Assembly (NCBI GenBank): GCA_050575255.1
Contig: JBNZDD010013641.1
Span: 450,694 to 514,693, forward strand
Origin: Harriotta raleighana
Taxonomy: Eukaryota
Length of the DNA stretch: 64,000 bases
Direction: 5' to 3'
Below the pieces are notes generated by a model. That model did not search any database. It worked only from the letters and a program-made list of their open reading frames with translations, and had not been told where the DNA came from. Position 1 is the first letter of the stretch, and every line of letters begins with the position of its first letter. The position numbers and the translations under genes are program-made. This document shows positions 59,940 to 64,000 of the stretch, piece by piece.

Positions 59940-60009
59940 GATGGAGGAGGGGTGAATGTGAACAACTGATCCATGTCCGTCCATGGTGTGGAAGGTTCTT
60001 CCCACCGAC
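59940..60009 (-). CDS. DHX40: DHX40 internal exon (SVGRTFHTMDGHGSVVHIHPSSI)
   Basis: TAG acceptor, ATC|GTAAGC donor, 70 nt; OB-fold HIHPSS motif of DEAH helicases. Confidence 0.9.
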
Positions 60010-60369
60010 CTATGCACGAACACATTAATTTGTTACTTCTCACCCAATATTGCAACACTCCTGTTTGTCCCGAGAGGATCTGCTGACACTCATTTCCCAG
60101 GCCTTCAATTTCCACTGCTCTTAATCCATGGAACTCCCTCCCTCTGCCACTCTCTTGATCCCGCCTCCACTCCACATCCCCCTCCTATTTCTGTCTGTAA
60201 GTCTCATCTCGCAAACTATCTCTTCAAATACATCCAGTAACCTTCCCCTTCCCACCTCAAAACCACCACCCCACCATCCGACTCCCTTGCTCGGCATCTG
60301 AAATGCTCCAATCTGTTACGCTCCTGAGAGGCTGGATGTTGGGGTTCCATCAGACATTGTTTGTCTTCC

Positions 60370-60962
60370 CTCTGAACCCGTGCATAACTTAGGCCTCAGG
60401 GTCTCTCCCCACCTTTCCTTTCTACCCCTCATCCCTTCCCTGTCTAGGAATGTTTATTTCCCCACCGCTGCCATACTGCATGCCTCCATCCGCACTTCAC
60501 AACTAACGCAGCCGAAACCTCTATCCAAGCCTTCCCAGCTACACTATTCCAATGCTCTCCTCGCGGGCCTCCCCAGCGCTACCATACACAAAATTCAATT
60601 AATTAAAATGTCCACCTGCACAATACTCTGTACCCCCATCAATCCAATACTCGCCAAGCTCCACTGGTTCCCAATTACTCAACGGATCAAAATCAAGCTC
60701 TTCTCATCCGATTTCAACTCCTTTCTACTACCCCGCTGCCTGTGCTCGGCTGGCTCCGGTCTCCTGTTTGTTACTTGTGCCCTTCACTCCACCATGGTTG
60801 GCTAAGCCTTCGGTCCCTACGCCCTTAAACTCTGGAACTAAAGACCTTTCTTTTTGATCGTGCTATGGTCACCTCACCATCCCTCTCCCCCGGCTCGGAG
60901 TCAAGCTGAATTGGAATTCTACCACGCAGGAAGGGCACTGTATAAATAAAAGGTGTTGTTGT
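60370..60962 (+). mobile_element. Degenerate L2 LINE 3' fragment
   Basis: YSNALLAGLP...KIQLI...LAKLHWFPI remnant. Confidence 0.75.
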
Positions 60963-61131
60963 GCAACAAGCCACTAGGAATGGCACAAGAGCAACAAGGG
61001 AGACATAGAATCATAGAAGTCTGCAGCACAGAAGAAGGCATGAAGGTAAGGAAAAAGAAGGAAACGAAGAGTGTGATAGTGGGTGAGAGAGAGGGGGGGA
61101 AAAAGAGATCTGCGAAGATCTGTCTACTTAC

Positions 61132-61226
61132 TTTCTGATTACATTGCTGAAATACCCAGCGCACAGACACCTTCTCAGGATTTCACTACTGGAGCCGTCA
61201 AAGATCTCGATGGGGAAATCCTTCAT
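61132..61226 (-). CDS. DHX40: DHX40 internal exon ([31 protein letters not shown])
   Basis: CAG acceptor, AA|GTAAGT donor, 95 nt; [11 protein letters not shown] motif. Confidence 0.9.
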
Positions 61227-62113
61227 CTGAACACAGAGAGTGAGAAGAGGAAAATTGAGTCTCAATTCTTTACTAACCTTCAACCATATGACATTCATTT
61301 TATGAAAATCTCTCGTCTCCAGTAGCCTGTTACGACTGCTATTAGCCTGCACACAGATTCTTTTCCTTTCCCCCGAAAATGCTACCCTGAGGTCTGATAG
61401 TGAATACTCAAAATGAGACACCACCAACTACAAAACAGCAGTTTACATGGATATTGTGCTCTTCTCGTCAGGTGGATGTCTCAAATGACTTGACACAGGT
61501 GACTGGGAGACTATTGTGGGGGCAATCTGGGAAAGAGGAGGGGCAGGGAGAGAGGGAGGGAACAGTGAGGCCGAACAGGTCTTTTAAATGGGATTTGTAG
61601 GTGGGAGAGAGAGAGGGCAGTTGTGGGATGGAGTGGGCAGTANAGAGGAGGGGCAGGGAGAGAGGGAGGGAACAGTGAGGCCGAACAGGTCTTAAATGGG
61701 ATTTGTAGGTGGGAGAGAGAGAGGGCAGTTGTGGGATGGAGTGGGCAGTGGGGGGTGGAGCATGGGAGCTGAAAAGGGTGAAGAGGGGACATTGACCAAC
61801 AGTGCCAAAGAAGTAAATTGTGAAACTGTATATGTGTGTGTGTGTATCTATGGTGGGGGGATGAAGATGCAGAATTGGAATTCCACCTGATACTATCCAT
61901 GCTGGGACATCATGTGAGGTCTTATTGGCACCCCCCGTCACCCAGAGGATTCAATTCAATATACTGGTCCTCACCATAAAAGCCCTTCCCTACCCTACCA
62001 CTGCAACCTCCTAACCCCCTACCAAACTGCCCGCTCCCTCCGCTCAATGGGCTCCGGCTTATTCCATGGCTTTTTCGGCAGCCAATTTCCTCCCATAGAG
62101 CAGCTGTTCCTAC

Positions 62114-62222
62114 CTGTTTCACTTTACAGAGTATTTCGCGAAGCTGTGTCTCCACACTGAATGCAGTCTTCACAGCTCGCCAGTGGATCCAGTGTTCACG
62201 GCACCATGAGGCTGGTGAGTCA
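62114..62222 (-). CDS. DHX40: DHX40 internal exon ([36 protein letters not shown])
   Basis: CAG acceptor, CAG|GTAGGA donor, 109 nt, in frame with neighbours; DEAH WC..H.I..R motif. Confidence 0.9.
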
Positions 62223-63262
62223 CTGAGAGAAACAGCACATATAGATAGATAGATTGTGTGTGAGGACACCGACATGGTAATAACAACAACAAAATTACAT
62301 TTGATACAGTGCCTTATCACATAGTTGAGACGTCTCAAAGCGCTTCACAGAATGTACTGTAAAATGAATTGACTATATTTTGTGAGCCAAACACAGCTGC
62401 AATTTGCACACAGCTGTCATGGATTGACAGACCAAATCACCAATACAGGAACAGGAGTTGGCTTTTCAGCCAAAATACATTTTTGTATAAAATACAGTAA
62501 ATAATGTTTTGCACGCATTTACACACAGTCAATTCTCTTTGCAATTCTTTGTACAAAATACAGTCAATTTTGGTGACTGTGTACAAACTACACAGTCAAT
62601 TCTCTTTACAATTCTGCTCAATCTTACATTTTGAGACCAAAAGAGACTTACAGGCAAAGACCAGGTGGAATTTGGGGCTTCAGAAGCTTGATTTATGTCT
62701 CAGTTTGCTGTCTGATTCTCCTCCACTTTTAATACTACTACTAATAATAATCCTTGTATTTGATATAGCGCTTTTCACGCTAGATGTCTCAAAGTGCTTC
62801 ACAGAATAAACTGGAAAGTGAATTGACTGTATATATTTGTGCAGAGGAAGTAGGACACATGGAAAATAATCCATCAAAATGTCTCAAAGTGCTTCATGTC
62901 ATTTACTGTAAAGTGTCGTGACTGGGTGTTTGTAATAGGAATCAGCAGCTAATTTGCACAGAGCTAGAAATCAAACCCAGGTCCTTTCACTGGCGAAGTG
63001 AATGCTCTAACCAGTGAGCTGCAGGATTCCAATGAGAATGTATTTTTCTTAAAAATGGGAGTATTACCCCCAGAAAAGCGATCCGCCAGTCGACTAACTG
63101 GGTTCCTATTTACTGCAAGATAAACAGAGGTGTGTGTAGTAAGGAAACCTGCTCAAGGTTTTGCCCTGCCCAGAAATCAAACCCAGGTCTCTCACTTGTG
63201 AGGCAAGGGTTCTAATCACTGAGCTACAGAAATCCACAATTCCCCAACCATTCAATGCTTAC

Positions 63263-63377
63263 TTTGCTCTACACTTTTCAAACACTTTGAACAGCGTCGC
63301 AAAGTCGTTGGTGCCGCCAGCCTCCAGCGCCAGCTCCCGGTGCCTTAGATCAGCTTCCTTCTGTTTCTCAAAGTTTC
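63263..63377 (-). CDS. DHX40: DHX40 internal exon (NFEKQKEADLRHRELALEAGGTNDFATLFKVFEKCRA)
   Basis: CAG acceptor, AA|GTAAGC donor, 115 nt; resembles the HA2/OB-region RHRELA..GG.NDFATL motif of DEAH helicase DHX40. Confidence 0.88.
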
Positions 63378-63574
63378 CTGCGGAAACAAAGCGCTGACTG
63401 ACTTCTCCACCAGGGCACTGGCTCACTTTTTATCTATACTTGATAATAATCCTGAATGATAATAAATAATAATAATAATCCTTAATAATAGTAATCATTG
63501 CATATCACCACCTTATCACATCTTCTAGATGTCTCAAAGTGCTTCACAGAATATACTGTAAAGTGAATTAACAG

Positions 63575-64000
63575 TAATAATAATAATAATAACCCTTACA
63601 TTTATAAAGCGCTTTCAACATCTTATCGACGTCCCAAAGCGCTTTACAAAATACGACAACGTCCCAAAGTAGGGACCAGAGCAGGGGATGGGGGGGAGGG
63701 GTCAGGGTAGAGAGAAAAAATAGGGAAGAAAGTGGGGAAAAGAGTAGGGGTCAGAGCAGGGGGGGAGGGGTCATGGTAGTGGGAAGGAGAGTAGGAAAAT
63801 TGACTATAAATTTGTGGGTGAAATGCGGTAGCCAAATTGTGCACAGCAGTGTCCCACAAACAGTCATGGAAGTGAGGGGGCAGGGCTGAAAGAGGGGAAG
63901 GGTTAAGGGAGGGGTCGGGGTAGGGGGAAGAGAGCAGGAAAACCAACTGTATATTTGTGGATGAAACGTGGCAGCCAAATTGCGCACAGCAGTGTCCCAC
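63575..64000 (-). mobile_element. Composite SINE variant, inverted copy running off the window edge
   Basis: Reverse complement aligns colinearly with 59445-59900, including the spacers. Confidence 0.78.

Overview
Vertebrate nuclear DNA, most likely from a cartilaginous fish (inferred from shark-type DeuSINE, CR1 and Penelope-like repeats). Two minus-strand genes are present. CLTC (clathrin heavy chain 1) is represented by coding exons 1-19 (47578 down to 333; 3065 coding nt, all introns GT-AG) and continues off the left edge. The last six coding exons of DHX40 (63377 down to the stop at 54208) lie upstream of it, matching the DHX40-CLTC order in other vertebrates. Introns and intergenic DNA are dense with L2 and CR1 LINE fragments, tRNA-derived DeuSINEs, Tigger-like and hAT MITEs, and short palindromic Penelope-like remnants. 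No prokaryote-type system is present. The most interesting observations are four. (1) Minimal hammerhead-ribozyme motifs sit in palindromic repeats, two of them on the CLTC sense strand of intron 1 with a compensatory stem II change. (2) A pair of inverted composite SINEs tightly brackets four DHX40 exons, a candidate circRNA layout. (3) A candidate 141-nt intron in the CLTC 5' UTR contains an AUG-UGA minimal uORF. (4) Several TE-derived long hairpins lie in the CLTC pre-mRNA. Several apparent tandem duplications sit on single-N joins and are probably assembly artefacts. Repeat boundaries are read by eye and approximate; exon boundaries were checked against splice dinucleotides and frame.
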